Assembly (NCBI GenBank): GCA_041494445.1
Contig: JBGQAU010000006.1
Location: 1 to 58,491, forward strand
Source of the DNA: Acidobacteriota bacterium
GTDB lineage: Bacteria; Acidobacteriota; Polarisedimenticolia; Polarisedimenticolales; JAIQFR01
Length of the DNA stretch: 58,491 nucleotides
Direction of reading: 5' to 3'
Both the position numbers and the translations under genes were made by a program. The notes under the pieces were generated by a model that saw only the letters and a program-made list of their open reading frames with translations, had not been told where the DNA came from and made no database searches. Shown piece by piece: positions 40,960 to 50,749 of the stretch (position 1 is the first letter of the stretch; each line of letters begins with the position of its first letter).

Positions 40960-42911
40960 CGCACCCGCGTGCCCGGCGGCACGTCCTCCTCGAAGACGGC
41001 GATGATCGGGCGCCCGCCGAAGTCCGCGGCGAGCAGCATCCCCTGGCTTTCGACCCCCCTGAGGCGTGCCGGCTTCAGGTTCGCGACCACCACGATCCGC
41101 TTGCCGACGAGCGCCTCCGGGGCGTAAGCCTTCGCGATCCCCGCGACGATCTGGCGCCTTTCGGCGCCCAGGTCCACTTGCAGCTTGAGGAGCTTGTCGG
41201 CCCCCTCGACGCGCTCCGCGGAGATCACGAGCGCCACTCTGAGGTCGGTCTTCATGAACTCGTCGAGGGTCAGTGGCCCGGCGCCGGCTTCCGCGGCGGC
41301 GGCCGGCGGCGTGGGCGGGGCGGGGGGATGCGGCACGGGCCCGGGCTTGGCGTCCTCCACGGTCTTCGTCTCCTTGAAGTACGAGTTCCTGTCCACGCGC
41401 GGGAACAGCGGCCCGCGTTTCTCGACGCGTCCCGCGGGGGGAAGGAGCCCCCAACGAAACGCTGAAAGGTCCTTCGGCAGATCCGCTCCGAGGCGCGCGG
41501 CGATCTCAGCCGCGGCCGTCGGCATCGCGGGAGAGGCCATCGATGCCGCCTGGAGCAGGGCCTCGGCGGCCCCCCACAGCACGGCGCGGTGCCTCCCGGC
41601 CTGGGACGGGTCGGAGGCGAGCGCCCACGGGGCGTGACGCACCAGGAAGCGGTTCGTCTCGCCCGTCAGCCCCCAAACCGCGATCAGCCCGTTGCTGAAG
41701 TCGTAGTCGTCGAAGGCGGCCCGCCAGGCGGCGTGCGCCCGGGCGGCGGCCGGACGGAGCTCGGCCGCCTCGGGAAGCTCCGACCGCTCGGGGAGGCGGC
41801 CGCCGAATCCCGTGTCGATCAACGTCAGGATCCGGCTCGAGAGGTTGCCGAGGTCGTTGGCGAGGTCGCCGTTGTACCGGTCGAGAAACTGCTCGTCCGA
41901 GTACGTCCCGTCGAGGCCGAAGGTCATCTCCCGCAGCAGGAAGTACCGGAGCGCGTCCGCACCGAAGTCCCGGAGCAGCGGCTCCGCCTTCACCACGTTG
42001 CCGAGGCTCTTGGACATCTTCGCGTCGTCCTTGAGCCACCAGCCGTGACCGTACACGCACTCCGGCAGCGGCTCGCCCGCGGACATCAGGAAGGCGGGCC
42101 AGTACACGGCGTGGAACCGGAGGATGTCCTTCCCGACGAGGTGGACCTGCGCCGGCCACCACGCGCCGAGCGCCGAGCCCTCGCGCGCGCCGTAGCCCAG
42201 GGCGCTGAGATAGTTGGTCAGCGCGTCCACCCAGACGTACACCACGTGCCCCGGGGCGTCCGGGAAGGGGATTCCCCAGGTGATGCTGGTGCGGCTGATG
42301 CTGAGGTCCCTGAGGCCGGACTCGACGAACGCCTTCACCTCGTTGAATCGGGACGCGGGCCGCACGAAGCCCGGGTGCGTCCGGTAGTGCTCGAGGAGCG
42401 GCTCCGCGTAGCGGGACAGCCGGAAGAAGTACGACGCCTCGGACACCCGCTCGACCGGGTGACCCTGGTCCGGGCACTTGCCGTCCACGATCTGGCTCTC
42501 GGGGAAGAACGCCTCGCATCCGCTGCAGTACATCCCTTCGTACGCCCCGAGGTAGACGTCCCCGGCGTCGCGCATCCTCCTGACGAGCTTCTCCACTCCG
42601 AGCCGATGGCGGATCTCGGTGGTCCGGATGAAGTCGTCGTGGCTGATCGAGAGGGCCTTCCACAGGTCGAGGAAGCGGTTCACCACCCGGTCGGCCATCT
42701 CGATCGGCCGCACCGCCTGCGCCTTCGCCGCACGCTCGATCTTCTGGCCGTGCTCGTCGGTCCCCGTGAGGAACCGGACGTCGAAACCGGTGAGCCGGCG
42801 GTACCGGGCGACCGCGTCGGCGACGACCGTCGTGTACGTGTGACCGATGTGCGGCTCGTCGTTGACGTAGTAGATCGGGGTCGTGAGGTAGAACTTGGGT
42901 CGGTCGCTCAT
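40956..42911 (-). CDS. metG: Methionyl-tRNA synthetase with a C-terminal tRNA-binding domain
   Basis: TTPIYYVN..PHIGH, TGTDEHG, KMSKS and NLKPARLRGVESQGM. Confidence 0.97.
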   Translation of the reverse strand: MSDRPKFYLTTPIYYVNDEPHIGHTYTTVVADAVARYRRLTGFDVRFLTGTDEHGQKIERAAKAQAVRPIEMADRVVNRFLDLWKALSISHDDFIRTTEIRHRLGVEKLVRRMRDAGDVYLGAYEGMYCSGCEAFFPESQIVDGKCPDQGHPVERVSEASYFFRLSRYAEPLLEHYRTHPGFVRPASRFNEVKAFVESGLRDLSISRTSITWGIPFPDAPGHVVYVWVDALTNYLSALGYGAREGSALGAWWPAQVHLVGKDILRFHAVYWPAFLMSAGEPLPECVYGHGWWLKDDAKMSKSLGNVVKAEPLLRDFGADALRYFLLREMTFGLDGTYSDEQFLDRYNGDLANDLGNLSSRILTLIDTGFGGRLPERSELPEAAELRPAAARAHAAWRAAFDDYDFSNGLIAVWGLTGETNRFLVRHAPWALASDPSQAGRHRAVLWGAAEALLQAASMASPAMPTAAAEIAARLGADLPKDLSAFRWGLLPPAGRVEKRGPLFPRVDRNSYFKETKTVEDAKPGPVPHPPAPPTPPAAAAEAGAGPLTLDEFMKTDLRVALVISAERVEGADKLLKLQVDLGAERRQIVAGIAKAYAPEALVGKRIVVVANLKPARLRGVESQGMLLAADFGGRPIIAVFEEDVPPGTRVR

Positions 42912-44140
42912 CGCGCCTTTCTCCGCTGGCTCCCGCCGCGGGACGTGGCCTTCGCCCGCCGGAAGGCGAGGAGGGCGGCTTCCTGGACCCGCGGGAGCGC
43001 AACCCCTCGGCTCCTGGCGAGCCGAGCGCAGTCCTCGTACTCGGGCCATGCCTTGACCGGCTTCCCGCCGAGCAATCCCTCCTTGATCCGAACGCGCCCG
43101 AAGGGGGTCGCGACCGTCGCCGTCCGGCGCGCGAGCTCGATCCGGCCCTCCCGCCGGTACCGGAGACCGAGCGTCGGTGTCTCGCGCAGCACGACGCCCG
43201 CGAGCGCATCGAGCAGGTCGGGGCGCGCGAGGACCGTGAGCAGATGCCCCGTGCGCCCCTTCTTCATGTGAACGGCGGTCGTGAACACCTCCAGCGCGCC
43301 CTCCGCGAACAGCCGCTCGGCGGCGTAAGCGACCACCTGAGGCGGCGCGTCGTCGAGGGTGACCTCGATCACGACGACGTCTTCTCCGGAGGACTCGACC
43401 GCGGTCGCCCGGTCCGCCTCGAGGAGGACCATCCGCAGCACGTTCGGCCGATCGCCGAACTCGCGGTCCCCCGCGCCGTGGCCGGTCGCGAGGATCCGGC
43501 CCGGAGGGAGCGCCCCCCAGCCGTCTGCCACGGTGGTCAGGATCGCCGCGCCGGTCGGCGTCAGTCGCTCCCCTTCGACTTCGTCTCCCGTGACCGGCGC
43601 GCCACGGACCAGGATCGCGGTCGCGGGTCCGGGCACCGGGTAGGAGCCGTGGCGGCAGTCGACCCGGCCGCTTCCCGTCGTCATGCGCGAGACGACGATC
43701 CGGTCCGGAGCCAGCTCCTCGAGGGCGACCGAGGCCCCGACGACGTCGACGATCGCGTCGATCGCTCCCGCCTCGTGGAGATGGACCGCGTCGGGTGTCG
43801 TTCCGTGGGCCTCGGCCTCGGCTTCGACGAGGCGCCGGAAGATACGGAGCGCGCGCTCCCGCACCGGCGGCGCGAGCCGCCCTCGCGCGACGATGCGGCG
43901 GATCTCCCGCCAGCCTCGCTCGTCGGTCGAATCCGTGACGCGTACGTTCACCTTCAAGGCCGAGAGCCCCGAGCGGCGCACGCGTCGCGACGAGAGGCTC
44001 CACCCCCGGAACGGGAGGGTCCGAAGGGCGTCCCGGACCCGCGCGAGCGGCGTCCCGAGATCCACGAGCGCGCCGAGGATCATGTCCCCGGCGGCGCCCG
44101 CGGTGGCGTCCACGTACAGGATGCGCTCCGTCCGGCTCAT
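42908..44140 (-). CDS. larC: Nickel-pincer cofactor biosynthesis protein LarC (full length)
   Basis: GAAGDMILGAL, HLHEAGAIDAIVD, HGSYPVPGPAT, TPTGAA, MKKGR and PEYEDC. Confidence 0.92.
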   Translation of the reverse strand: MSRTERILYVDATAGAAGDMILGALVDLGTPLARVRDALRTLPFRGWSLSSRRVRRSGLSALKVNVRVTDSTDERGWREIRRIVARGRLAPPVRERALRIFRRLVEAEAEAHGTTPDAVHLHEAGAIDAIVDVVGASVALEELAPDRIVVSRMTTGSGRVDCRHGSYPVPGPATAILVRGAPVTGDEVEGERLTPTGAAILTTVADGWGALPPGRILATGHGAGDREFGDRPNVLRMVLLEADRATAVESSGEDVVVIEVTLDDAPPQVVAYAAERLFAEGALEVFTTAVHMKKGRTGHLLTVLARPDLLDALAGVVLRETPTLGLRYRREGRIELARRTATVATPFGRVRIKEGLLGGKPVKAWPEYEDCARLARSRGVALPRVQEAALLAFRRAKATSRGGSQRRKAR

Positions 44141-44895
44141 GCCGTCCCCGCGAGCTCGATCCCGGCCGCCTCGACGATCCGCGGGAGGATCTCGCCCGCG
44201 GGTCCCCGGAGCCGCTCGTGCGCCAGCGGGCTCAGGGGTGTCGGCTCCGGATTGACTTCGACCACGTACGCTCCCGCCTCGCGCGCGGCGACCGGGAAAG
44301 AGGCGGCGGGGTAGACGAGAGACGACGTGCCGGCGACGATCACGACGGCGGCGCGCCGCGCGGCCGCGCCGGCCTCGCGGAGCGCGTCCTCGGGCAACGG
44401 CTCGCCGAACCAGACGACGCCGGGACGGAGGAGCGCGCCGCACGGGCAGCGCGGGGGGAGAGCGGGGAGATCGGGATCGAGATCCTCGATTTCGCTCCCC
44501 TCGGCGGTGCAGCGGAGCCTAAAGAGGCTTCCGTGGAGCCGGACCATCCGGCGGCTCCCGGCGCGCTCGTGGAGGCCGTCCACGTTCTGCGTCACGAGGA
44601 GCACGTTGTCCCGCTCCCGCTCGAGCGCGGCGAGCGCGAGGTGGCCCGCGTTCGGCTTCGCGGCGGCCGCCTCTCTCCGCCGCCACGCGTAGAAACGCCA
44701 GACGGTGTCCGGGTCCGCGGCGAAGGCCTCGGGAGTCGCGAGCTCCGCCGGGTCCCGTCCCTCCCACAGCCCCCCGGGACCTCGGAACGTCGCGAGACCG
44801 CTCTCGGCGGAGACGCCGGCGCCGGTCAGGAGCAGTACGGGCCCCCTCCCCCTCAGGAGGGAAATCAGGGCCTCGGATGGCGCCGCGGATCCCAT
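44137..44895 (-). CDS. cobB: NAD-dependent protein deacylase (class III sirtuin)
   Basis: TGAGVSAESG, FY..RR, TQNVDGLH, LRPGVVWFGE and GTSSLVYPAA. Confidence 0.94.
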   Translation of the reverse strand: MGSAAPSEALISLLRGRGPVLLLTGAGVSAESGLATFRGPGGLWEGRDPAELATPEAFAADPDTVWRFYAWRRREAAAAKPNAGHLALAALERERDNVLLVTQNVDGLHERAGSRRMVRLHGSLFRLRCTAEGSEIEDLDPDLPALPPRCPCGALLRPGVVWFGEPLPEDALREAGAAARRAAVVIVAGTSSLVYPAASFPVAAREAGAYVVEVNPEPTPLSPLAHERLRGPAGEILPRIVEAAGIELAGTA

Positions 44896-44994
44896 GGCAC
44901 TCCTCGCAGCCGAAAGTGGCCATCGTAGCACCTTTCTTGATAACCTAGACGCGGCGCGGCTCGGCGGGCCGCCGCTTTTCCTCGGGAGACGATC

Positions 44995-45318
44995 ATGAGC
45001 GAGATCCATGAAGCCGACGACGGCAATTTCGAGTCCGTGGTCCTGAAGGCGCAGGGAGCCGTCCTGGTGGACTTCTCCGCGACCTGGTGCGGACCGTGCA
45101 AGAAACTGGAGCCGATCGTTCACGACATCGCCTCCGACTACGACGGGAGGCTCAAGGTCGTGAAGGTGGACGTGGACCGGGCCCCCCAGACGGCCATGAA
45201 GTTCGGCGTGCTCTCCGTGCCGACGGTGTTGCTGTTCAAGGACGGCAACGTCAGGGACCAGAGCATCGGCCTCCTCTCGAGAAAGGCGCTCGCCGACAAG
45301 GTGGAGAAGGTGCTCTGA
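44995..45318 (+). CDS. trxA: Thioredoxin
   Basis: WCGPC active site. Confidence 0.96.
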   Translation: MSEIHEADDGNFESVVLKAQGAVLVDFSATWCGPCKKLEPIVHDIASDYDGRLKVVKVDVDRAPQTAMKFGVLSVPTVLLFKDGNVRDQSIGLLSRKALADKVEKVL

Positions 45319-45319
45319 G

Positions 45320-46072
45320 ATGCTGGAGCGCCTGAACGAGTGGGGATACGCCCTCGGGCAGCTCCTCGAGGGGCAGCTCCACCGAGGCTCCGCGGCGGCG
45401 ATCCTCGTGGTCTTCGCGGCGGGACTGGTCACCAGCCTGACGCCCTGCGTCTACCCGATGTACCCGGTCATGGTCCCCTACATCCTGGGCGCGGCGCAGG
45501 GGAACCGGCGACGTGCGTTCGCGCTCTCGACGGTCTACGTCCTCGGTCTCGCGGCGGTCTACACGTCGCTCGGCGTCGCCGCGGCGCTCCTGGGGAAGAC
45601 CTTCGGACGAATGACCGACACGCCGTGGATTCCTCTCGTCTTCGGTCTCCTCATCGTCCTGTTCGGTCTCGAGATGCTCGACGTGTTCACCCTCCGCCTC
45701 CCGTCGTTCCTCGCGGGCATCCAGTCCGCGGGGACGCTTCGCGGGGGTTATCTCGGGGCGCTGCTGCTCGGGATCGCCGCGGGCTTCGTCGCGGCGCCGT
45801 GCACCGCGCCGGTCCTCGGCGTGCTGCTCACCTACGTCGCCGCGCAGCACCAGGTCGTTTGGGGCGGCCTGCTCACGTTCGTGTTCTCCCTCGGGATGGG
45901 ATCCCTGCTGCTGGTCCTCGGCGTCTTCGCGGGCCTGCTCTCTAGCCTGCCGAGGCCCGGGCGCTGGATGGTCGCAGTGAAGATCGTCATGGGCGTCCTG
46001 ATGATCGTGATCGGCGCCGGCTTCGTCTGGGTCGCGATCGTGAGGTTCGTCGGAAGAGGCGGCGCCGCGTGA
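45320..46072 (+). CDS. CcdA / DsbD transmembrane-domain protein
   Basis: SLTPCVYP and AAPCTAP; multiple TM segments. Confidence 0.9.
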   Translation: MLERLNEWGYALGQLLEGQLHRGSAAAILVVFAAGLVTSLTPCVYPMYPVMVPYILGAAQGNRRRAFALSTVYVLGLAAVYTSLGVAAALLGKTFGRMTDTPWIPLVFGLLIVLFGLEMLDVFTLRLPSFLAGIQSAGTLRGGYLGALLLGIAAGFVAAPCTAPVLGVLLTYVAAQHQVVWGGLLTFVFSLGMGSLLLVLGVFAGLLSSLPRPGRWMVAVKIVMGVLMIVIGAGFVWVAIVRFVGRGGAA

Positions 46073-47184
46073 GCGCGAAGCTGAGGGTCGGGCTGCTATT
46101 CGGCGGAGCCTCGGTCGAGCACGAGGTATCCCTCGCGTCCGCGCGGGGCGTGGCCCGGGGGCTAAACCCCGATCGCTTCGAGTGCGTTCCGATCGGCGTC
46201 ACCGGGGACGGTCGATGGCTGCCGCCGGAGCGCTCCGCGGCGATCCTCGCCGGGACCGCCGCTCGCGTGGAGCCGCCCGCGAATGGAGACGACGACCGCC
46301 TCGTCGTGGATCCCGGCGGCGCAGGGCTCCTCAGGCTCTCACGAGGGGAGGCGGCGCGGCCGGTCCCGCTCGACGTGCTCTTCCCCGTGCTCCACGGCTG
46401 GGGGGGGGAGGACGGGAGGCTCCAGGGCGCGATGGATCTGGCCGGCGTCCCGTGCGTCGGCGCGGGCGTCCTGGGGTCGGCCCTCGGCATGGACAAGGCG
46501 ACCTCGAAGACGATCTTCGGGGCTCGGGGTCTTCCCGTCGGCCCGTGGAGCGCGTTCACCGACGAGGATTACCGGTCGGCGCCCCGGGAGACGGAGCGCG
46601 GACTTGCCGAAACGCTCGGCTTCCCGATGTTCGTCAAGCCCTCGAACGGCGGATCGTCGGTGGGGATCACGAAGGTCGCCGGGCCGGAAGGACTGCGGGA
46701 CGCGATCGAGGCGGCCCTCGACTGCGATCGGAAGGTGGTCGCCGAGGCGGCGATCGACGCCCAAGAGGTGGAGTGCGCGGTGCTCGGGAACGAAAGGCCC
46801 GAGGCCTCGATCCCCGGCGAGATCGTGCCGTCCCGCGAGTTCTACGATTACGCCGCGAAGTACCTCGACGGCACCTCGCGGCTCCTGATCCCCGCGGCGA
46901 TCCCCGACGCGACGGCGGAAACCGTGCGGAGGCTCGCCGTCGAGGCGTTTCGGGCTCTCGACCTCGCCGGGATGGCGAGAGTAGACTTCTTCGTGGAGCG
47001 GCAGACCGGCGGCGTGCTGCTCAACGAAGCGAACACGCTGCCAGGCTTCACGGGGATCAGCATGTATCCCAAGCTCTGGGAGGCGTCGGGCCTGCCCTAC
47101 CCGGAGTTGCTCGACCGGCTCATCCGGCTGGCGCTCGAAGAGGCCGCGTCGGTCCGCAAGCGGACGACGCGCCTCAAAGCCTGA
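46069..47184 (+). CDS. ddl: D-alanine--D-alanine ligase
   Basis: GGASVEHEVS, LHGWGGEDG, GSSVG, YDYAAKY and NEANTLPG. Confidence 0.96.
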   Translation: MSAKLRVGLLFGGASVEHEVSLASARGVARGLNPDRFECVPIGVTGDGRWLPPERSAAILAGTAARVEPPANGDDDRLVVDPGGAGLLRLSRGEAARPVPLDVLFPVLHGWGGEDGRLQGAMDLAGVPCVGAGVLGSALGMDKATSKTIFGARGLPVGPWSAFTDEDYRSAPRETERGLAETLGFPMFVKPSNGGSSVGITKVAGPEGLRDAIEAALDCDRKVVAEAAIDAQEVECAVLGNERPEASIPGEIVPSREFYDYAAKYLDGTSRLLIPAAIPDATAETVRRLAVEAFRALDLAGMARVDFFVERQTGGVLLNEANTLPGFTGISMYPKLWEASGLPYPELLDRLIRLALEEAASVRKRTTRLKA

Positions 47185-47222
47185 CCGGAGCGCCGGCCGC
47201 GGAAGGCTCGAGCGGGTCGCCC

Positions 47223-47900
47223 ATGGCCGACGGCGGCGTCCTCGTCCTGAACAGCGTGTACCAGGCGGTGCAGATCACGGGGGTGCGCCGGGCGTTCGTC
47301 CTGTTCTGCGGCGGGCGGGCTCGAGCCGTGGCGCAGGATTTCTCCACGTACGACTTCGAGAACTGGTGCGATCTTCCGGCCGGAGCCGGGGACGACGTCA
47401 TCTGCACGCCGAGGCGCGCGATCCTCGTTCCCAGGGTGATCCAGCTCCTGCACTACGACCGGCTCCCGCGCCGCGAGGTCCGGTTCACTCGGCGGAATAT
47501 CTTCTTCAGGGATCGCAACCGCTGCCAGTACTGCGGCCGCGTCTTTCCGCAGCGCGATCTCAACCTCGACCACGTGATCCCGCTGTCCCGCGGCGGGGGT
47601 TCGTCGTGGGACAACGTCGTCTGCGCCTGCCTCGCGTGCAACGGCCTGAAGGGGAACCGGATGCCGAACGAGGCCGGGATGGCGCTGATCCGACCTCCGA
47701 AGAAGCCCGCCGGGCACCCCGTCCTGAGGGCCGGGTGGATCGGGCCCTTTCACGAGCAGTGGCGGACGTTCCTCGACGTCGCGTACTGGAACGTCGAGCT
47801 GGAGGAAGACGTGCTCCCCGCCGCCCGGGAGGCGGAGCCCGCCGCATCGCCTCAGCGCACCGGGGCCCTCGGCACGCCCAGCGCTTTCATCCTCCGATAG
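47223..47900 (+). CDS. HNH endonuclease (McrA-like, stand-alone)
   Basis: VLVLNSVY, RDRNRCQYCG, DHVIPLSRGG and WDNVVCACLACN..KG. Confidence 0.9.
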   Translation: MADGGVLVLNSVYQAVQITGVRRAFVLFCGGRARAVAQDFSTYDFENWCDLPAGAGDDVICTPRRAILVPRVIQLLHYDRLPRREVRFTRRNIFFRDRNRCQYCGRVFPQRDLNLDHVIPLSRGGGSSWDNVVCACLACNGLKGNRMPNEAGMALIRPPKKPAGHPVLRAGWIGPFHEQWRTFLDVAYWNVELEEDVLPAAREAEPAASPQRTGALGTPSAFILR

Positions 47901-49276
47901 AGCTTCTGCCGGCTCCACCCGATGCAGGTCGCGGCCCGCGCGAGGTTCCCACGGGCGTCGCGCAGCGCCCCCTCGATCCATCGCCGCTCGAGGGGCGTCG
48001 GCGGGGCCGGCTCCTCTGCGGTTCGCATGGGAGCCGGGAGGTCGAGGTGCGCGGCCGAGAGCGTGCCGCCTCCGCAGCGGAGGAGCGCCCGGGCGAGGAC
48101 CGCATGGAGCTGGCGCACGTTGCCCGGCCAGTCGCACGCGATCAGCGCCTCGATCGCCGACGGATCGATGCGTGCTTCCGCGGTCGTGCCCGCTTCGAGA
48201 GTCAGGCGCGAGAGGAGGTGCTCGGTGAGGAGCGGGATGTCCTCGCGGCGCTCCCGGAGCGGCGGCACGCGGACCTCCGCCACCGCAAGCCGCCAGTACA
48301 GGTCCGGACGGAACCCGCCTTCCGCGACGAGCGAGGCGAGGTCCCGGTGGGTCGCGGCGACGATCCTCACGTCCACGGCGATCTCCGCCTCCCCGCCCAC
48401 CGGACGGACTCTTCCGTCCTGAAGGACGCGGAGCAGCTTCGCCTGCATCGGCGGCGGCATGTCTCCCACCTCGTCGAGGAGGACCGTTCCACCGTGAGCG
48501 AGGCGGAACAGCCCGGGGCGGTCCCGTTCCGCGCCGGTGTAGGCCCCGCGGACCGCGCCGAACATCTCGCTCTCGAGGAGCGACTCGGGCAGCGCGGCGC
48601 AATTCACGGCGACGAACGGCGCCGCCGCCCGGGGGCTGTCGCGATGGATCGCGCGAGCGATCTCCTCCTTGCCGGTCCCGGTCTCGCCGATGAGGAGCAT
48701 CGGGAGCCGCGACCGGGCGACGCGCCTCGCCCACAGGAGGGTTTCGACGAAGCCGGCCGAGCGTCCGACCAGAGCGGGCGCCGGTCGCGCGGCGGGCTCC
48801 GGCGCGCCTCCGGACGGGCCGTAGAGAGCCGCCAGCACCTCGGCGAACGCCTCCAGTACCCGCAGCATGCGGTCCGAGATCCGGTCTCCCGCGACCCCGC
48901 GCTCCACGACCAGCGCGGCGGCCGCTCCGGACGTCGCCACCGGAACCGATACGACCGCGCGGATGTCGAGCGCCCTCACGGATGCGCCTTCCACGAGGGA
49001 CGGGTCGTCCCTGGCGTCGGGGCAGACCAGGGTGCCGGCTCCTTCCAACGCCCGCTTCAAGACGGTCCGGCTGGCCGCTCTCCGCCCGTCCGGTCGCGTC
49101 GAAGCCGACGCCTCCACTCGCGCGAGCCCGAGGTCCCCGGGCTCCTGCGCCGTCACGAGGAAAGCCCGATCCCACCCCGTGGTGTCGAGGACGGTCCTCA
49201 GGACCGCGTGGATGGCACGCCCCGCCCGGTTTGACGCCGGCGAAGCCGGCACGCTATGCTCAGCCCCCGACGCCAT
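47852..49276 (-). CDS. Sigma-54-dependent activator (GAF-AAA+-Fis HTH)
   Basis: GETGTGKE, ESEMFG..RGAYTGA, LDEVG, WPGNVRQL and a C-terminal HTH. Confidence 0.92.
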   Translation of the reverse strand: MASGAEHSVPASPASNRAGRAIHAVLRTVLDTTGWDRAFLVTAQEPGDLGLARVEASASTRPDGRRAASRTVLKRALEGAGTLVCPDARDDPSLVEGASVRALDIRAVVSVPVATSGAAAALVVERGVAGDRISDRMLRVLEAFAEVLAALYGPSGGAPEPAARPAPALVGRSAGFVETLLWARRVARSRLPMLLIGETGTGKEEIARAIHRDSPRAAAPFVAVNCAALPESLLESEMFGAVRGAYTGAERDRPGLFRLAHGGTVLLDEVGDMPPPMQAKLLRVLQDGRVRPVGGEAEIAVDVRIVAATHRDLASLVAEGGFRPDLYWRLAVAEVRVPPLRERREDIPLLTEHLLSRLTLEAGTTAEARIDPSAIEALIACDWPGNVRQLHAVLARALLRCGGGTLSAAHLDLPAPMRTAEEPAPPTPLERRWIEGALRDARGNLARAATCIGWSRQKLYRRMKALGVPRAPVR

Positions 49277-49438
49277 GAAGCACCTCCCTCGAGGCCCTGC
49301 CAACTCCGCGCGCGTGCGCGCATAGGTGGGGGGCCGCGGCGCCGCCGAGGAAGGAGAATGGGGCCATCCCATCCCGCGACTCAATGAGGAGGATGCCCTG
49401 ATCGGGTTGAGGATCCGTAACGATCGCGGTTTCCCGGC

Positions 49439-49837
49439 GTGCCGCATGGATCGGGCGCCGGGGCGGGCGGAGGTGATGCCATAGGCAGCCCGCGGCGGGG
49501 TGGCGCGAGTTGGCTGGAGGCGGCGCTCTGGGCGGTGTCCGCTGCCTTGGTGGCGCCGCTCGTGCTCTATGCCGGACGTCCCGTGATGCCCCTCGCCGCC
49601 CTCTACTGCGTGGCCCTCGGAATCGCGCTGGCCTTGGCGCTCGCCGGCCGGCGGCTGCACGCGGCACTGCTCCACGACGGGCTGGGCGGGAGCGGAGGGA
49701 CCGGTCGCGCGCTGGTGGCCGTCGGAATGATGCTGCTGGTTCTCGTGCTGATCCTGCTGGGCGCGGTCGTCGCGATCCTCCTGCTGTTCCGGAGCGGGCG
49801 AGGCACGGGTGCCGTCCCGGCGCTCGTGGGACGATGA
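49439..49837 (+). CDS. Small hypothetical membrane protein
   Basis: Three hydrophobic segments; stop overlaps the rhomboid ATG; start uncertain. Confidence 0.55.
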   Translation: MPHGSGAGAGGGDAIGSPRRGGASWLEAALWAVSAALVAPLVLYAGRPVMPLAALYCVALGIALALALAGRRLHAALLHDGLGGSGGTGRALVAVGMMLLVLVLILLGAVVAILLLFRSGRGTGAVPALVGR

Positions 49838-50571
49838 GCTACTACCGTCACGCCCCCTACCGGACGTCCGGCTCGGGCCTCGGGTTCGGGCTTCCGCCGG
49901 TCACCCCGGTCACCCGGGCGATCATGATCGCCTGCGGCGTCGTCTGGGCCGTGCAGTTCCTGCTCGGCCCGCTGTTCCGCATCGCGGACCTGTCGCGGGT
50001 GTTCGGGATCGTGCCGCCGCTGGTCGTCCGAGGATACCTCTGGCAGCCGTTCACCTACATGTTCCTGCACTCGCCGGTGCAGATCTCCCACCTGCTCCTC
50101 AATCTGCTCATCCTGTGGATGGTCGGCGGGGACCTCGAGCGGCACTGGGGCGGCAAGCGCTATCTCACCTACTACCTCGTGTGCGGCGCCGGGGCGGGCG
50201 TGTTCGTGACCGTCGCGGGGTACCTGTCGGGCACGAACGTGCCGACGATCGGGGCCTCGGGGGCGATCTACGGCCTTCTGCTGGCGTACGGGATCATCTT
50301 CTCGGAGAGGACGATCCTGTTCATGCTGATCTTCCCGATGCGAGCGCGCACCCTGTCGTGGGTGTTGTTCGCGGTGGCGTTCGTCTCCGCGTGGGGGCAA
50401 AGCGCGAGCGGCGTGTCGCACGTCGCGCACCTGGGCGGGATGGTGGTCGGCTACCTGTACCTGAAGAGGGTCTGGCGGGTGCGCGACCTCTATCGGGACG
50501 TGCGATGGCGGATCCGCCGGCGGAGGTTTCGCGTCGCGCCCCCCGACGACCGCGACCGCTGGGTGAACTGA
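49834..50571 (+). CDS. Rhomboid family intramembrane serine protease
   Basis: WQPFTYMFLH, GASGA and AHLGG. Confidence 0.93.
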   Translation: MSYYRHAPYRTSGSGLGFGLPPVTPVTRAIMIACGVVWAVQFLLGPLFRIADLSRVFGIVPPLVVRGYLWQPFTYMFLHSPVQISHLLLNLLILWMVGGDLERHWGGKRYLTYYLVCGAGAGVFVTVAGYLSGTNVPTIGASGAIYGLLLAYGIIFSERTILFMLIFPMRARTLSWVLFAVAFVSAWGQSASGVSHVAHLGGMVVGYLYLKRVWRVRDLYRDVRWRIRRRRFRVAPPDDRDRWVN

Positions 50572-50720
50572 GCCGCCGCGCACGGCCGGGCCCGGCCGCG
50601 CAGGGCCCGCGCCGGGACCCGCGGGAAACAGGTCACGGGACCGCCCCGATTCACGGGCCCTCGCGAGGACGAAAACCCAGGAAAACCCAATAACGTCGCG
50701 GCTTTTTACGAAATTGGCCC

Positions 50721-50749
50721 TTGACACCCATTGCCGGGCCGCTTACACT
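50721..50749 (+). promoter_or_regulatory. Near-consensus sigma70 promoter about 300 nt upstream of the sigma factor gene
   Basis: TTGACA-N17-TACACT. Confidence 0.7.

Noticed and set aside
40956-44003. 1015-aa MetG with an N-terminal extension, or a larC frameshift
   Set aside because: The extension is an off-frame overlap of larC; larC is complete in one frame and metG starts at 42911.
44893-44910. Sigma-54 promoter TGGCAC...GCA upstream of trxA
   Set aside because: The GG-to-GC spacing is 8 nt rather than the required 10.
44995-46072. Selenoprotein by UGA read-through (trxA, ccdA and other UGA-ending genes), prompted by selA/selB
   Set aside because: The active-site Cys codons are ordinary, and at the junctions I checked the downstream genes are in a different frame. 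This was not an exhaustive SECIS search.
50583-50598. 16-bp perfect palindrome CGGCCGGGCCCGGCCG
   Set aside because: It is all GC, directly follows the rhomboid stop, and is most simply a 3' hairpin or a chance occurrence.
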